Source of the DNA: an uncultured Ectothiorhodospiraceae bacterium
Lineage (GTDB): Bacteria > Pseudomonadota > Gammaproteobacteria > J044
Assembly: GCA_964641615.1 (NCBI GenBank)
Contig: CAZXNH010000007.1
Span: forward strand, 41,705 to 105,704
Reading direction: 5' to 3'
Length of the DNA stretch: 64,000 nucleotides
The position numbers and the translations under genes are program-made. The notes under the pieces were generated by a model that searched no databases, was not told the origin of the DNA, and saw only the letters and a list, made by a program, of their open reading frames with translations. Within the stretch, counting starts at the first letter, position 1. Every line of letters begins with the position of its first letter. This document shows positions 10,873-21,480 of the stretch, piece by piece.

Positions 10873-12774
10873 TTATTTTTCTATCTGACTGACATCTCGG
10901 ACTGCCCCTCTGGAGGCCGAGGTTGTCATCGCCGCGTAAGCCTTAAGCGCATTAGAAACTACGCGCTCACGGCCAACAGGTTTCCAGGCATCACTACCCT
11001 TAGCCTCCATCGCACTGCGACGCGCATCCAGTTCCTCGTCGCTGAGGCGAACATTAATACTACGTCCAGGGATATCGATCTCGATGATATCGCCCTCCTC
11101 GACCAGTCCGATAGGGCCACCCTCAGCAGCCTCAGGCGATACGTGGCCGATCGAGAGTCCCGAGGTTCCTCCAGAGAAGCGACCATCCGTGATCAGGGCG
11201 CACTCTTTGCCCAGGCCCTTGGACTTCAGGTAACTGGTGGGATATAGCATTTCCTGCATGCCAGGCCCTCCACGCGGACCTTCGTACAGGATGATGACTA
11301 CATCACCCGACTTGATCTGGTCTCCAAGAATAGCCTCTACAGCAGCATCCTGACTTTCAAAGATACGCGCAGGACCGGCAAAACCGCGAAGCGTGGAGGT
11401 TGGCACACTAGTGGTGTAGCGCAGCTCGTGGGCCTCAAACATACTCATATCAACACCCGCGGTCTTCACCACGCAGCCTTCAGGTGCAATATTGCCGTAG
11501 AGCACTGCCAGACCACCATCCCTGCTGTAGGCGTGTTCGATATCGCGGATACATCCATTCTCTCGATCCATATCAAGCTCAGGCCAACGCTTGTCCTGGC
11601 TAAAAGCCTCGGTGGTACGTACATTGCCGGGCCCGGCTCGGAAGAAGGTCTTCACCTCCTCGTCACCAGTGCGCATCACATCATAGACATCCAGTGCTTC
11701 ACTCATGCTTTTGCTGTGAACAGTAGATACATCACGGTGCAGAAGACCGCCACGATCCAGTTCACCGAGTATGCCAATGACACCACCGGCTCGGTGCACG
11801 TCTTCCATGTGGTATTTCTGCGTGGCTGGAGCCACCTTGCAGATATTGGGTACCTTGCGAGAAAGACGATCAATATCTTCCATCGTGAAGTCGACACCAG
11901 CTTCCTGTGCCGCCGCCAGAAGATGCAGGATTGTATTGGTTGAGCCGCCCATGGCGATATCCAGGCTCATGGCATTTTCAAAGGCCTCAAAGGTCGCAAT
12001 AGAACGAGGCAGTACCGAGGCATCGTCCTGCTCGTAATAACGCTTTGCGATATCCACGGCCAGACGCCCCGCCTTCAGGAACAGCTCCTTACGGTCAGCA
12101 TGCGTAGCCAGTGTTGAACCATTGCCAGGTAAAGAAAGGCCCAGAGCTTCTGTCAGACAGTTCATGGAGTTGGCTGTGAACATGCCTGAGCAGGAACCAC
12201 AGGTAGGACAGGCCGAACGCTCCATGGTCATGACATCATCATCGGATTCATCTGGATTCGCCGCAGAGACCATGGCATCAACCAGATCGAGGTGTACTTC
12301 CTGACCGTTGATGATTGCCTTGCCCGACTCCATTGGGCCACCCGAGACAAACACGGTAGGGATGTTCAGACGCAGCGCGGCATTGAGCATGCCCGGAGTG
12401 ATCTTGTCGCAGTTCGAAATACAGACCAGGGCATCCGCGCAATGCGCATTCACCATATATTCAACAGCGTCAGAAATAATTTCACGTGAAGGTAGCGAAT
12501 ACAGCATGCCACCATGACCCATGGCGATGCCATCATCGACAGCAATGGTATTGAATTCCTTGGCAACACCACCGGCCTGCTCGATTTCTCTTGCCACCAT
12601 CTGTCCCAGGTCCTTGAGATGGACATGGCCGGGGACGAACTGGGTAAAGGAGTTTGCAATGGCAATAATCGGCTTCTCGAAGTCACCATCTTTCATGCCA
12701 GTTGCACGCCAGAGGGCACGTGCGCCAGCCATGTTACGGCCATGGGTAGTAGTACGAGAACGATAAGCGGGCAT
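10873..12774 (-). CDS. ilvD: Dihydroxy-acid dehydratase
   Basis: From [27 protein letters not shown] onward the sequence is near-identical to E. coli IlvD. The Cys ligands CPTCGSC are present. The listed ORF is 32 codons longer at the N-terminus. Confidence 0.95.
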   Translation of the reverse strand: MPAYRSRTTTHGRNMAGARALWRATGMKDGDFEKPIIAIANSFTQFVPGHVHLKDLGQMVAREIEQAGGVAKEFNTIAVDDGIAMGHGGMLYSLPSREIISDAVEYMVNAHCADALVCISNCDKITPGMLNAALRLNIPTVFVSGGPMESGKAIINGQEVHLDLVDAMVSAANPDESDDDVMTMERSACPTCGSCSGMFTANSMNCLTEALGLSLPGNGSTLATHADRKELFLKAGRLAVDIAKRYYEQDDASVLPRSIATFEAFENAMSLDIAMGGSTNTILHLLAAAQEAGVDFTMEDIDRLSRKVPNICKVAPATQKYHMEDVHRAGGVIGILGELDRGGLLHRDVSTVHSKSMSEALDVYDVMRTGDEEVKTFFRAGPGNVRTTEAFSQDKRWPELDMDRENGCIRDIEHAYSRDGGLAVLYGNIAPEGCVVKTAGVDMSMFEAHELRYTTSVPTSTLRGFAGPARIFESQDAAVEAILGDQIKSGDVVIILYEGPRGGPGMQEMLYPTSYLKSKGLGKECALITDGRFSGGTSGLSIGHVSPEAAEGGPIGLVEEGDIIEIDIPGRSINVRLSDEELDARRSAMEAKGSDAWKPVGRERVVSNALKAYAAMTTSASRGAVRDVSQIEK

Positions 12775-12899
12775 GACAACAACTCCGAAACAAACGAAAG
12801 CCACCGATTCTACAGGATAAGCAGGAACTGCGGCAGATGAGCGCGCAATAAAGACCAAGGTTTCGGGCAAGCCGGTAATGAATCAGTTAAAGTCTGCTC

Positions 12900-14054
12900 A
12901 TGGTTAAATCATATACACCCGATACCCTGAGCATGATTCGCTCTCTCATAGAACTGCCCTCTGTCAGCAGCACGAAGGCAGACCTGGACATGAGCAACCG
13001 ACCCGTCATCGACTGGCTGGCCAACCTGCTGGAGGAAGAGGGTTTCTCGGTACGCATACAACCTGTGCCCGAGGAACCCGGCAAGGCCAATCTGATCGCT
13101 ACCCTCGGCAGAGGCGCCGACGGCCTGGTGCTTGCCGGCCACACGGATACCGTGCCCTATGATGACGGACACTGGAGCAGCGACCCTTTCACATTGAGAG
13201 AGGATGATAACAGGCTCTATGGTCTGGGCACCTCAGACATGAAAAGCTTCTTTGCCCTGGCTATCGAGGCTGCACGAGGTCTGGAACCGGCTAAGATGAA
13301 GCACCCCCTGATCATTCTCGCTACAGCCGACGAAGAGACCAGCATGAGTGGCGCCAAGGCCCTGCTCAAAGAGGGCACTCGCCTGGGGCGCTACGCCGTC
13401 ATTGGCGAACCCACGGGCATGCGCCCGATTCGCCAGCACAAGGGCATCATGATGGAGGCCATAAAGCTACAGGGGTTGTCAGGCCACTCCAGTAATCCGG
13501 CTTATGGCAACAATGCCATGGAAGGCATGCACGAAGTTATGCAATCGCTCTTGCAGTACCGTGCAGAACTACAGGCGCGCTATCAGAACCCGGCCTTCGA
13601 GGTACCGGTTCCCACCCTTAACCTGGGTCATATTCATGGCGGGGATAATCCCAACCGTATCTGCGGCAGCTGTGAGCTACACATCGATTTGCGCCCCCTG
13701 CCCGGCATGGATCTGGACGAACTACGTCAGGACATACAGACCCGACTACAGCCCATCGCTGCGCAACGGCAACTGGGGATTGAGTTTGAACCCCTGTTTG
13801 ATGGGGTTCCCGCAATGCAGACCGATGCCAATGCCGAGATTGTTCGGCTGACGGAAGAACTCACCGGCCACAGCAGTGAATCTGTCGCCTTTGGTACCGA
13901 GGGGCCCTACCTGAGTGAACTGGGTATGGAGACGATCATCCTCGGTGCCGGTGATATCGACCAGGCCCACCAGCCCGATGAATACCTGGCCCTGGACCGT
14001 ATTAATCCCATGATCGACATCCTGCGCCAGCTCATTCATCGCGTCTGTTTATAG
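12900..14054 (+). CDS. argE: Acetylornithine deacetylase (M20 peptidase)
   Basis: Aligns with E. coli ArgE along its length (GHTDTVP, DMKSFFA, ATADEE, NLGHIHGGD..NRICG). Length is 384 aa. Confidence 0.9.
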   Translation: MVKSYTPDTLSMIRSLIELPSVSSTKADLDMSNRPVIDWLANLLEEEGFSVRIQPVPEEPGKANLIATLGRGADGLVLAGHTDTVPYDDGHWSSDPFTLREDDNRLYGLGTSDMKSFFALAIEAARGLEPAKMKHPLIILATADEETSMSGAKALLKEGTRLGRYAVIGEPTGMRPIRQHKGIMMEAIKLQGLSGHSSNPAYGNNAMEGMHEVMQSLLQYRAELQARYQNPAFEVPVPTLNLGHIHGGDNPNRICGSCELHIDLRPLPGMDLDELRQDIQTRLQPIAAQRQLGIEFEPLFDGVPAMQTDANAEIVRLTEELTGHSSESVAFGTEGPYLSELGMETIILGAGDIDQAHQPDEYLALDRINPMIDILRQLIHRVCL

Positions 14055-14133
14055 CCCCCACAGCCCCCAATAACCGCGCCGTCTGTGGTTTAATTGCACT
14101 CCGAACCGTTATCACGAATATCTGGAGTACCCG

Positions 14134-14556
14134 GTGGAGTTACTGAAAGCCTATCTCGATATCTCAATTTTCAGCATCCTGGGCCTGATGAGCGTCCTGA
14201 TGATTGCCTTTGCCATAGAACGTTTCCTGTTTTACCGCCAGGTTGATCTGAACAAGTACAGCAATCTGCATGACCTGGATATCGACCTGACCAGCCACCT
14301 CACCGTTATTTCTACCGTGGGTGCAAATGCCCCCTACGTAGGTCTGCTGGGCACCGTGCTGGGCATCCTGATTACCTTTTATGATCTGGGCCATAGCGCC
14401 AACCTCGACGCCCAGACCATCATGGTCGGCCTGGCCCTCGCGCTCAAGGCTACCGCCCTGGGGCTGGCTGTCGCGATTCCTGCAATCATTATCTATACGA
14501 GCCTGCTACGTATTGCCGATGTCAAAAAAGCCCGCTGGGAAGCCATGAACTCATGA
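14134..14556 (+). CDS. exbB: Short ExbB of the MotA/TolQ/ExbB proton-channel family (140 aa)
   Basis: Three TM helices and a conserved C-terminal half (LGLLGTVLGI..ALKATALGL). GTG start with a GGAG Shine-Dalgarno. It sits upstream of exbD-tonB. Confidence 0.8.
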   Translation: MELLKAYLDISIFSILGLMSVLMIAFAIERFLFYRQVDLNKYSNLHDLDIDLTSHLTVISTVGANAPYVGLLGTVLGILITFYDLGHSANLDAQTIMVGLALALKATALGLAVAIPAIIIYTSLLRIADVKKARWEAMNS

Positions 14557-14930
14557 AGCGCTTCGAAGACATCAATGTCATACCCTTCATCGACATCATG
14601 CTGGTGTTGCTTGCGATCGTGTTAACGACGGCAACCTTTATTGCCCAGGGCAGCATCCCGGTACAGCTGCCAGAAGCCGAGCAGTCAGAATCCATTGAGC
14701 AGCTGGAACACCTGGAGTTCTCCATCGATCAGGACGGCCTGATCTATTACCAGGAAGAAGCCATCCACCTGGTGCGCCTGGAAACCATGCTCAAGGATGC
14801 TGGTCCGCAGATGCCAATCTGGCTACGCGTCGATGCACGTGCCGACTTCCAGTCATTCGTTCGTGTTGCCGATGCCATCAAACGTCATGGCATGGAACGC
14901 GTTTCCATCCTGACCCTGAAGAGTCAGTGA
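14553..14930 (+). CDS. exbD: ExbD/TolR biopolymer transport protein
   Basis: Begins INVIPFIDIMLVLL with a single TM helix. Length is 125 aa. It overlaps the exbB stop. Confidence 0.85.
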   Translation: MKRFEDINVIPFIDIMLVLLAIVLTTATFIAQGSIPVQLPEAEQSESIEQLEHLEFSIDQDGLIYYQEEAIHLVRLETMLKDAGPQMPIWLRVDARADFQSFVRVADAIKRHGMERVSILTLKSQ

Positions 14931-15694
14931 AGCCCGCCCATCTCCATACCGGCCTGATTGTCTCGCTAGGCTTGCATGCCCTGCTGGTCCTGTTTTACCT
15001 GAACACCAACCTGAAACCGCCCGTGCAGCCTGAGGGCTCGCCCCTGGAGCTGTCACTAAATATGTTCCAGGCCATGTCTGCAGCCCCCTCATTCGCCCAG
15101 CCTGCAGCAGCAGAACCCGTCGAGCTACCCAAAGATGCTCAGCCTCAACCCCAGAAGACCAGGGCACCACAGACCGTCGCCAATACGCCCCCACCTCCGG
15201 TAACACCCAGAGAGTCCGTGACCAGAACCCAGCCAGAGCAGGTTGAAGCAATACAATCCAGGACCGAATCCATGGAAGAGGAGCAGGCAGAACCTGAAAC
15301 AGAGACAGCTCCCTCACCACAGTCAGCCGAACTGGCCGCTGCAGAGAGTAGCGCACAGGAACAGGCTGCGATGGGCACCCGTAACAGCGAGCAACGGGAT
15401 ATTGAACTACAACGCTATAACCTGGAGCTGCTGGCGGCTATTGAACGTGCCAAACACTACCCGAACCGGGCCCGACGCCGAAACCAGGAAGGTACCGTTA
15501 TGGTCGCCTTTATCATCGATCTCAGGGGCGTCATATCGGATATCCACATACTCGAAAGCTCCGGCCACAGGACTCTGGACAAGGCTGCTACCGATGCCAT
15601 ACTCAGGATCGGCCAGTTCAAACCCATCCCTGAGTCCATCGGCCTGAGCAAGATGGAGTTCCGCGTTCCGATCAACTACGAATTGGCCCGTTAA
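14927..15694 (+). CDS. tonB: Energy transducer TonB
   Basis: An N-terminal TM helix with a His, a Pro/Glu-rich spacer (PPPPVTP) and the TonB C-terminal domain YPxxARRRxQEGTVxVxF...SSGHxxLDxAA. Confidence 0.85.
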   Translation: MKPAHLHTGLIVSLGLHALLVLFYLNTNLKPPVQPEGSPLELSLNMFQAMSAAPSFAQPAAAEPVELPKDAQPQPQKTRAPQTVANTPPPPVTPRESVTRTQPEQVEAIQSRTESMEEEQAEPETETAPSPQSAELAAAESSAQEQAAMGTRNSEQRDIELQRYNLELLAAIERAKHYPNRARRRNQEGTVMVAFIIDLRGVISDIHILESSGHRTLDKAATDAILRIGQFKPIPESIGLSKMEFRVPINYELAR

Positions 15695-15743
15695 ACCACA
15701 CCCTTTGCAACAGGCCTTCATAGGCATATAATTATTCGTTTCT

Positions 15744-15772
15744 CGGCAGCCAGGCGCTGCCGTTTTTATTTT
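15744..15772 (+). terminator. Rho-independent terminator after tonB
   Basis: Stem cggcagc/gctgccg with loop caggc, followed by TTTTTATTTT. Confidence 0.7.
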
Positions 15773-15788
15773 CTGGTTGGCTGTAGTT

Positions 15789-16961
15789 ATGAATGGATAC
15801 CTGATGAACACCTACGCACGACTGCCCGTTAAATTTGAACGGGGTGAAGGTGTATGGCTGTGGGACAACGAAGGCAATCGCTACTTAGATGCTCTGGCTG
15901 GTGTTGCCGTATGCAACCTGGGGCACGCCCATCCTGCAATCCATAAAGCCATCTGCGACCAGGCTGCGACCCTGGTGCACACCTCGAATATCTATCAGAT
16001 CGAGACGCAGGAACGCCTTGGCGAAGGACTATGCCGTGAATCAGGCATGGACAAGGTCTTTTTCTCCAACTCGGGTGCCGAGGCCAACGAGGCCGCAATC
16101 AAGATCGCCCGTCTCTTCGGCCACAATAAGAAAATCAACACCCCCCAGATCATCGTCATGGAAAACAGCTTCCATGGCCGCACCATGGCCACCCTGTCTG
16201 CCACTGGTAACCGCAAGGTTCAGGCCGGCTTTGAGCCACTGGTCAGTGGTTTTATCCGTGCGCCCTATAACGACCTGGAGGCCATCAGGCAGATTGCCGA
16301 AAACAACCAGGAAATCGTTGCCGTACTGGTAGAACCCGTACAGGGCGAAGGCGGCGTACGCACTGCCAAAGAGGGCTATCTTGCTGGCCTGCGCGAACTC
16401 TGTGACCAGCATGGCTGGTTACTGATGCTGGACGAAATCCAGACTGGCATGGGGCGTACCGGCAGGTTATTCGCCCATCAGCACGATGGCATCACACCCG
16501 ACGTCATGACCCTGGCCAAGGGCCTGGGCAATGGTTTCCCCGTCGGCGCCTGCCTGGCGCATGGTGCAGCAGCGGATGTACTGGCACCCGGTACACATGG
16601 CTCGACCTTTGGTGGCAACCCACTGGCCTGCCGGGTAGGTCTGACCGTGCTTGAGACCATGCTCGAGTCTGGCATCAGCGATAAGGCTGCCCAGATGGGG
16701 CATTACCTGCTTGAGCAGTTTGCAGCACAACTCGAAGGGAATACGGGCGTTAAAGATATCCGTGGCAAGGGACTGATGATCGGTATTGAACTGGATCGTG
16801 ACTGCCCTGAACTGGTCGCCCAGGCACTCGAAAGGAAGCTGCTGATCAACGTGACCGCCGGCAATACGATTCGTTTGCTGCCGCCGCTCACCCTGGAACA
16901 AACCGAAGCCGATCAGATCGTGGCAATAGTCATCGACCTGGTCAGGAACCTTTATTCATAA
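15789..16961 (+). CDS. argD: Acetylornithine aminotransferase (class III PLP aminotransferase)
   Basis: Class-III aminotransferase motifs are present (LxDEIQTGxGRTG, PLP Lys in TLAKGLGNG). It lies immediately upstream of argF. The start could also be 15777 (TTG) or 15804. Confidence 0.75.
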   Translation: MNGYLMNTYARLPVKFERGEGVWLWDNEGNRYLDALAGVAVCNLGHAHPAIHKAICDQAATLVHTSNIYQIETQERLGEGLCRESGMDKVFFSNSGAEANEAAIKIARLFGHNKKINTPQIIVMENSFHGRTMATLSATGNRKVQAGFEPLVSGFIRAPYNDLEAIRQIAENNQEIVAVLVEPVQGEGGVRTAKEGYLAGLRELCDQHGWLLMLDEIQTGMGRTGRLFAHQHDGITPDVMTLAKGLGNGFPVGACLAHGAAADVLAPGTHGSTFGGNPLACRVGLTVLETMLESGISDKAAQMGHYLLEQFAAQLEGNTGVKDIRGKGLMIGIELDRDCPELVAQALERKLLINVTAGNTIRLLPPLTLEQTEADQIVAIVIDLVRNLYS

Positions 16962-16975
16962 GCGAGGACAAGGGT

Positions 16976-17878
16976 ATGTCTGTTCGCCATTTTCTCACTC
17001 TGCTGGACCTGACTCCTGAAGAACTGGAGGCAATGATCCAGCGCGCCATCGAACTGAAACAGATGTGGAAGCGTGGCGAAATCTTTGAACCGCTCAAGAA
17101 CAAGACGCTGGCAATGGTGTTCGAAAAATCATCGACCCGTACCCGTGTTTCTTTTGAAAGCGGCATGACCCAGTTTGGTGGTCATGCACTATTCCTGTCA
17201 CCTCGTGATACCCAGCTGGGCCGTGGTGAACCCATCGAAGATACGGCACGCGTCCTGTCCAGGATGGTCGATGGTGTCATGATCCGTACCTTTGAGCATG
17301 AAAAGATCGAGCGCTTCGCTGAGTACTCTGATGTACCTGTTATCAACGCACTGACCGATCTTTACCATCCATGCCAGTTGCTCGCTGACATGCAGGCCTA
17401 TGTCGAAGAACGCGGTTCTATCAAAGGGGCCACCGTGACCTGGGTCGGTGATGGCAACAACATGTGTCATTCCTACATCAATGCGGCACGCCAGTTCGAC
17501 TTCCAGCTCAATATTGCCTGCCCGGAAGGCTTTGATCCGGATGCCGACATTCTGGCTGCTGCTGGCGACCGCGCAAAGATCATTCGCGATCCCATGGAGG
17601 CCGCTCGTGATAGCGACCTGGTCGTCACCGACGTCTGGGCCAGCATGGGTCAGGAAGAAGAACAGAAGGCCAGAGAAGCTGCTTTTACCGGCTACCAGGT
17701 GAATGCCGCCATGATGGCCGAGGCCGACAAGGATGCCCTGTTCATGCACTGCCTGCCTGCACACCGTGACGAGGAGGTCACCGCAGAGGTCCTGGAAGGT
17801 CCGCAGAGCGTGGTCTGGGAAGAAGCCGGCAACCGCCTGCACGCCCAGAAGGCCCTGCTCGAATTCCTGATGGCCTGA
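16976..17878 (+). CDS. argF: Ornithine carbamoyltransferase
   Basis: Carbamoyl-phosphate motif STRTR and ornithine motifs HCLP, DxxxSMG. Length is 300 aa. A GAGGA Shine-Dalgarno is present. Confidence 0.9.
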   Translation: MSVRHFLTLLDLTPEELEAMIQRAIELKQMWKRGEIFEPLKNKTLAMVFEKSSTRTRVSFESGMTQFGGHALFLSPRDTQLGRGEPIEDTARVLSRMVDGVMIRTFEHEKIERFAEYSDVPVINALTDLYHPCQLLADMQAYVEERGSIKGATVTWVGDGNNMCHSYINAARQFDFQLNIACPEGFDPDADILAAAGDRAKIIRDPMEAARDSDLVVTDVWASMGQEEEQKAREAAFTGYQVNAAMMAEADKDALFMHCLPAHRDEEVTAEVLEGPQSVVWEEAGNRLHAQKALLEFLMA

Positions 17879-17974
17879 GCCCGACCACTGGCCTGTTCAC
17901 TTCTGCGGCCACGTTCATAAAACCTGGGCATAAATGCTGCATAATACTCAGCTGTTAAATGCTCAGGAACAGAC

Positions 17975-18931
17975 ATGGCACTGGATGAAAGAGGCACCCT
18001 GGTTCAGGCCCAAAAGACCGAAATCCGGGAGGCGTTAATTCCCTGGCTTACACAGGCTGCAGAGGCCGTCATTTCTGTATGGCCGGATATAGACCAGATA
18101 GATCAACGACTCGCTGACGTTATCGGCGAACAGCCCAAGTGCCGCATGCTCTACATCCTTAGTCCCGAGGGTGTGCAGCTTTCCTCCAATATTCTTCAGG
18201 ATGCCATTGAATCCGACTTCCGGAACCAGGACCTTTCAGACCGTCCCTACTTCACCGGCAACCTGCCCTGGCGTGGCATCACCCTGTCTAACGTCTATTC
18301 GAGAAAGTCTGACCGCAAGCTTACGATTACCGCCCTGTTTGGCCTCAATGAAAATGAGCGTCTGCTAGGCTTCATTGCCGCCGACTTCCTGCTTGACGAC
18401 CTGGACCTGCTGACATCACGCCTGTTGCCACAGACCACCAAGTGGACACAGTTTCGTGGTGACCGCGCCATACGCAGCACCCTATTCCTTCAGGAGCGTA
18501 TTGCCAGTGTTCTTGATCAGCATCACGATAGCGTCAACGCAAGCCTGGTCTCTCTAATGCAAAACCGTGGCGTCTTTCATGTGCTACTGCACTTCTCCAG
18601 TGCACGCGCCATTATCTGGTTACTCGATGACCCCTATCGTTATCAACTCATGAGTCCTGATGAACTGATACAGCCGGAAAGTGTTATGGCCTATCCACGT
18701 CATGCCTACTCAGATGATGCCGTGGTTGCGGCTGACAGGTTACCCGAGATTTTTGAGCGCTTTAAGCAACTGCGAAATGCAGACGAGAACATTTACCTGA
18801 GATCGGCCTCCATAAACGTTATGAATGGCATTATCGGCCTGACCTTCTCCTGCGATGGTTCGCATTACATGAGTGCCGATGAGTTCCTCGAACGAGGCAT
18901 CGAGTTCTGGTTTGGAAAGGCGGGGGGCTAA
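17975..18931 (+). CDS. Hypothetical cytoplasmic protein with an N-terminal Cache/PAS-like sensor fold and an unassigned C-terminal half
   Basis: No signal peptide and no TM helix. The segment SDRPYF...ITLSNVY...KLTITALFGL...LLGFIAADFLLDDL matches the single-Cache motif pattern DRPWY..S.PY...ltvs.Pv..llGVvg.Di.l. A putative extended -10 (TGCATAAT) lies upstream. Confidence 0.45.
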   Translation: MALDERGTLVQAQKTEIREALIPWLTQAAEAVISVWPDIDQIDQRLADVIGEQPKCRMLYILSPEGVQLSSNILQDAIESDFRNQDLSDRPYFTGNLPWRGITLSNVYSRKSDRKLTITALFGLNENERLLGFIAADFLLDDLDLLTSRLLPQTTKWTQFRGDRAIRSTLFLQERIASVLDQHHDSVNASLVSLMQNRGVFHVLLHFSSARAIIWLLDDPYRYQLMSPDELIQPESVMAYPRHAYSDDAVVAADRLPEIFERFKQLRNADENIYLRSASINVMNGIIGLTFSCDGSHYMSADEFLERGIEFWFGKAGG

Positions 18932-18983
18932 CCGTTAAAAGTGCTATATTAGTTTTATTGCTCTTTTGCGGTTAAATAGTGAA

Positions 18984-19442
18984 ATGAAAAATATAACTAC
19001 AACAATGAGCGAGAAAATCAGATTCGTCTTCGATAAAACTGTAGATCTGGTTTTCGGGATCATTCTTATAATTATTATTGTTGGAATTGGCGTTGGGACG
19101 GTCCAGCTTTTCGGAACATTATGGAGCTTATTCTCCCTTGAAGGGATAACAGGAAAATACATTGATATTATCGCAGATGTGCTAACGCTTTATGTGCTTA
19201 TCGAACTTTCCAGATCACTTGTGGAGTACTTTCACAGCCACAAACTTCGACTAACCTTCATAGTAGATGCTGCAATTGTATTTGTAATAAGAGAAATATT
19301 AATTGCTCTGTTTAAACACGAAATCAAACCGGAAATGCTTTATGCATTATCAGTTTTCTTGCTGGTCCTGGGTGCATTACGCATAGGATCAGTTCTTGTA
19401 TATCAACGTGAAAAACGAATTACAGAGCAAGTTGACTCTTAA
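18984..19442 (+). CDS. psiE: PsiE-family phosphate-starvation-inducible membrane protein
   Basis: Four TM helices about 150 aa long, with PsiE-like motifs. The gene is AT-rich compared with its flanks. The start could also be TTG 18966 or ATG 19005. Confidence 0.6.
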   Translation: MKNITTTMSEKIRFVFDKTVDLVFGIILIIIIVGIGVGTVQLFGTLWSLFSLEGITGKYIDIIADVLTLYVLIELSRSLVEYFHSHKLRLTFIVDAAIVFVIREILIALFKHEIKPEMLYALSVFLLVLGALRIGSVLVYQREKRITEQVDS

Positions 19443-19524
19443 TAACAGTTAAAACTTGCCCCTCATTTAACGAGACTGATCATGCAAGGTAACAACACCC
19501 CTAACCAATCCCTTACTTCCAGTC

Positions 19525-20133
19525 ATGATTGACCTGCTATCAGTCTTTATTTTTTTCTTTGCGGTCATAGATCCTATTGGAACAGTTCCCGTATTTATTG
19601 CCGTTACCAGTCGTTACGACCAGGCAACAAAACGCCGCATTGCCTTAATTGCATTCCTGGCCGCAAGTGGTGTTCTGCTATTTTTCATGATCGCAGGCGA
19701 GCTGATACTTTCCGGCATGTCCATCCCCTTATCTGCGTTCCAGATTTCAGGCGGGATTATATTATTCCTGTTTGCTCTGAACATGATTTTTGGAGAAAGC
19801 AAGCCTGATGAAGAGTTAAAACTGATTGACGACCATCGAGAAACAGCCATCTTCCCCCTTGCTGTACCATCGATTGCGGGTCCAGGGGCGATGTTGGCAG
19901 CAGTGCTGATGACTCAAAAATCCAAATTTAGCATTCTGGAACAATTTCAGACTGCCGCAGTCATGCTGTCTGTTCTTTTAATAACCTTCCTGTTGATGTT
20001 GCTCGCCGGGTGGATTGATCGCTTTATAGGTAAAAGTGGGGCAAGTGTTGTTAGTCGAATCATGGGAGTAATTCTTGCTTCTGTTGCCACCACAAATATC
20101 CTCTCTGGCCTGAAAACATATTTCAGTATTTAG
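19525..20133 (+). CDS. marC: MarC-family (UPF0056) integral membrane protein
   Basis: Length 202 aa with six TM helices. N-terminus has the MarC-type AVIDPIGTVPVF motif. Confidence 0.75.
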   Translation: MIDLLSVFIFFFAVIDPIGTVPVFIAVTSRYDQATKRRIALIAFLAASGVLLFFMIAGELILSGMSIPLSAFQISGGIILFLFALNMIFGESKPDEELKLIDDHRETAIFPLAVPSIAGPGAMLAAVLMTQKSKFSILEQFQTAAVMLSVLLITFLLMLLAGWIDRFIGKSGASVVSRIMGVILASVATTNILSGLKTYFSI

Positions 20134-20146
20134 CACATGCTATATC

Positions 20147-21361
20147 TCAAGACATGATGTAATGCATGGATATGCTGGTTGCTACACACCAGACAACCAC
20201 GAGCAACGGTGACAAGCGCCATATTGTTAAAAGCCCAAAACCTATGAGTGCAATCGCGAGATCAGGACCTGAAGTGATCCCTGAAGTCAGAATTGGATCA
20301 TAGAGCGCAGCTGCCAGAAGACCAACAACAGCGGCATTGATGCCTGCGATCGCATTGGCTGCTTTCTGATTCTGAGACAGCATGCTCCACATGGGTAAAG
20401 CTGCCGCTATCAACAGGAAGCCCGGGAGGAAAATAAAGATTAACGCAACACTGGCACCCGCCCAGCTACCATGCCCGGCAGGCATAATGGAACCCAGAAA
20501 GGCCGAAAATGCGAACATGGGCCCCGGAATGGCCTGCGATGCACCATAACCGGCAAGAAAATCCTCCCTTGATACCCAGCCAGTCTGTACTAAGGATTCT
20601 TCAAGCAGCGGCAGGACCACATGACCGCCCCCAAATACCAGGGCACCTGAACGATAAAAGGTTTCTGCCAGTGCAAATAAGCCTCCCTGGGAGGCTAGTA
20701 CAGGCAGGCCAAGTAACAGTGCGATAAAGATCACAAACAGGATAATGCCGCTACGCTTTCCGAAACCCGGGTGAAGATTTACTTCATGATTTTCGATTGT
20801 TGTATGACAGAGCATGATACCTGCAACGGCACCCCCGATGATCACGAAGACCTGGAACCAGGCGGTTCCTGCCAGTAACAGAATACTTGCCGCGATCAGA
20901 GCGATGCCCTGCCTTGGTACATCAGGACAGAGCTTTCTCGCCATACCCAGAACTGCATCAGCAACAACCGCGCAGGCCACCAGCTTCAGGCCATGGATAA
21001 CAGCCCCACCAACAGGTCCGGATAAGAGTGGAAGCAGAGATGCAAAACCGATGAGCAGGAGTGCCGAGGGGAGTGTAAATGCCAGAAAAGCAGCAAAGGC
21101 ACCAAACCAACCCGCCCTTAACAGTCCAAGAGCAAATCCAAGCTGACTACTGGCAGGTCCAGGCAGGAACTGGCTGATCGCAATTAACTGGCTGAACTGT
21201 ACCTCACTTACCCAGTGCTGGCGCTCAACCAGTTCCTTTCTAAAATAACCGATATGTGCGATCGGTCCGCCAAACGAGGTCAGCCCCAGCCTGAGGAAAG
21301 TCAGAAAAACATTGAAAATATTTCTCCTGCTTTCTACAAAGTCCGTACTCGTTTCAGACAT
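20147..21361 (-). CDS. chrA: Chromate ion transporter of the CHR family, long two-domain form
   Basis: The motif GLTSFGGPxAHIGYF is duplicated in the second half (VFGGGHVVLPLL). Length is 404 aa. Confidence 0.85.
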   Translation of the reverse strand: MSETSTDFVESRRNIFNVFLTFLRLGLTSFGGPIAHIGYFRKELVERQHWVSEVQFSQLIAISQFLPGPASSQLGFALGLLRAGWFGAFAAFLAFTLPSALLLIGFASLLPLLSGPVGGAVIHGLKLVACAVVADAVLGMARKLCPDVPRQGIALIAASILLLAGTAWFQVFVIIGGAVAGIMLCHTTIENHEVNLHPGFGKRSGIILFVIFIALLLGLPVLASQGGLFALAETFYRSGALVFGGGHVVLPLLEESLVQTGWVSREDFLAGYGASQAIPGPMFAFSAFLGSIMPAGHGSWAGASVALIFIFLPGFLLIAAALPMWSMLSQNQKAANAIAGINAAVVGLLAAALYDPILTSGITSGPDLAIALIGFGLLTIWRLSPLLVVVWCVATSISMHYIMS

Positions 21362-21424
21362 TCCCGGGCTCCCTCAACTTTATCATTCGTAAACAGCAAA
21401 CCACTGGAGACTGGATTGGCTGAC

Positions 21425-21454
21425 AGATAAAGAAAAGCCCCTCATCGAGGGGCT
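21425..21454 (-). terminator. Rho-independent terminator after phoU
   Basis: Stem agcccctc/gaggggct followed on the minus strand by UUUUCUUUAUCUG. Confidence 0.7.
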
Positions 21455-21480
21455 GTGCAGAGCAAGCATGGACACTAAGA

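Noticed and set aside
14055-14133. Looked for a Fur box upstream of exbB
   Set aside because: The only candidate, GTTATCACGAATATC, is a poor match to GATAATGATAATCATTATC, and the inverted repeat ccacag...ctgtgg is not Fur-like.
18944-19162. 72-aa minus-strand ORF rich in Ile and Phe
   Set aside because: It overlaps psiE on the opposite strand in an AT-rich region and is composition-driven.
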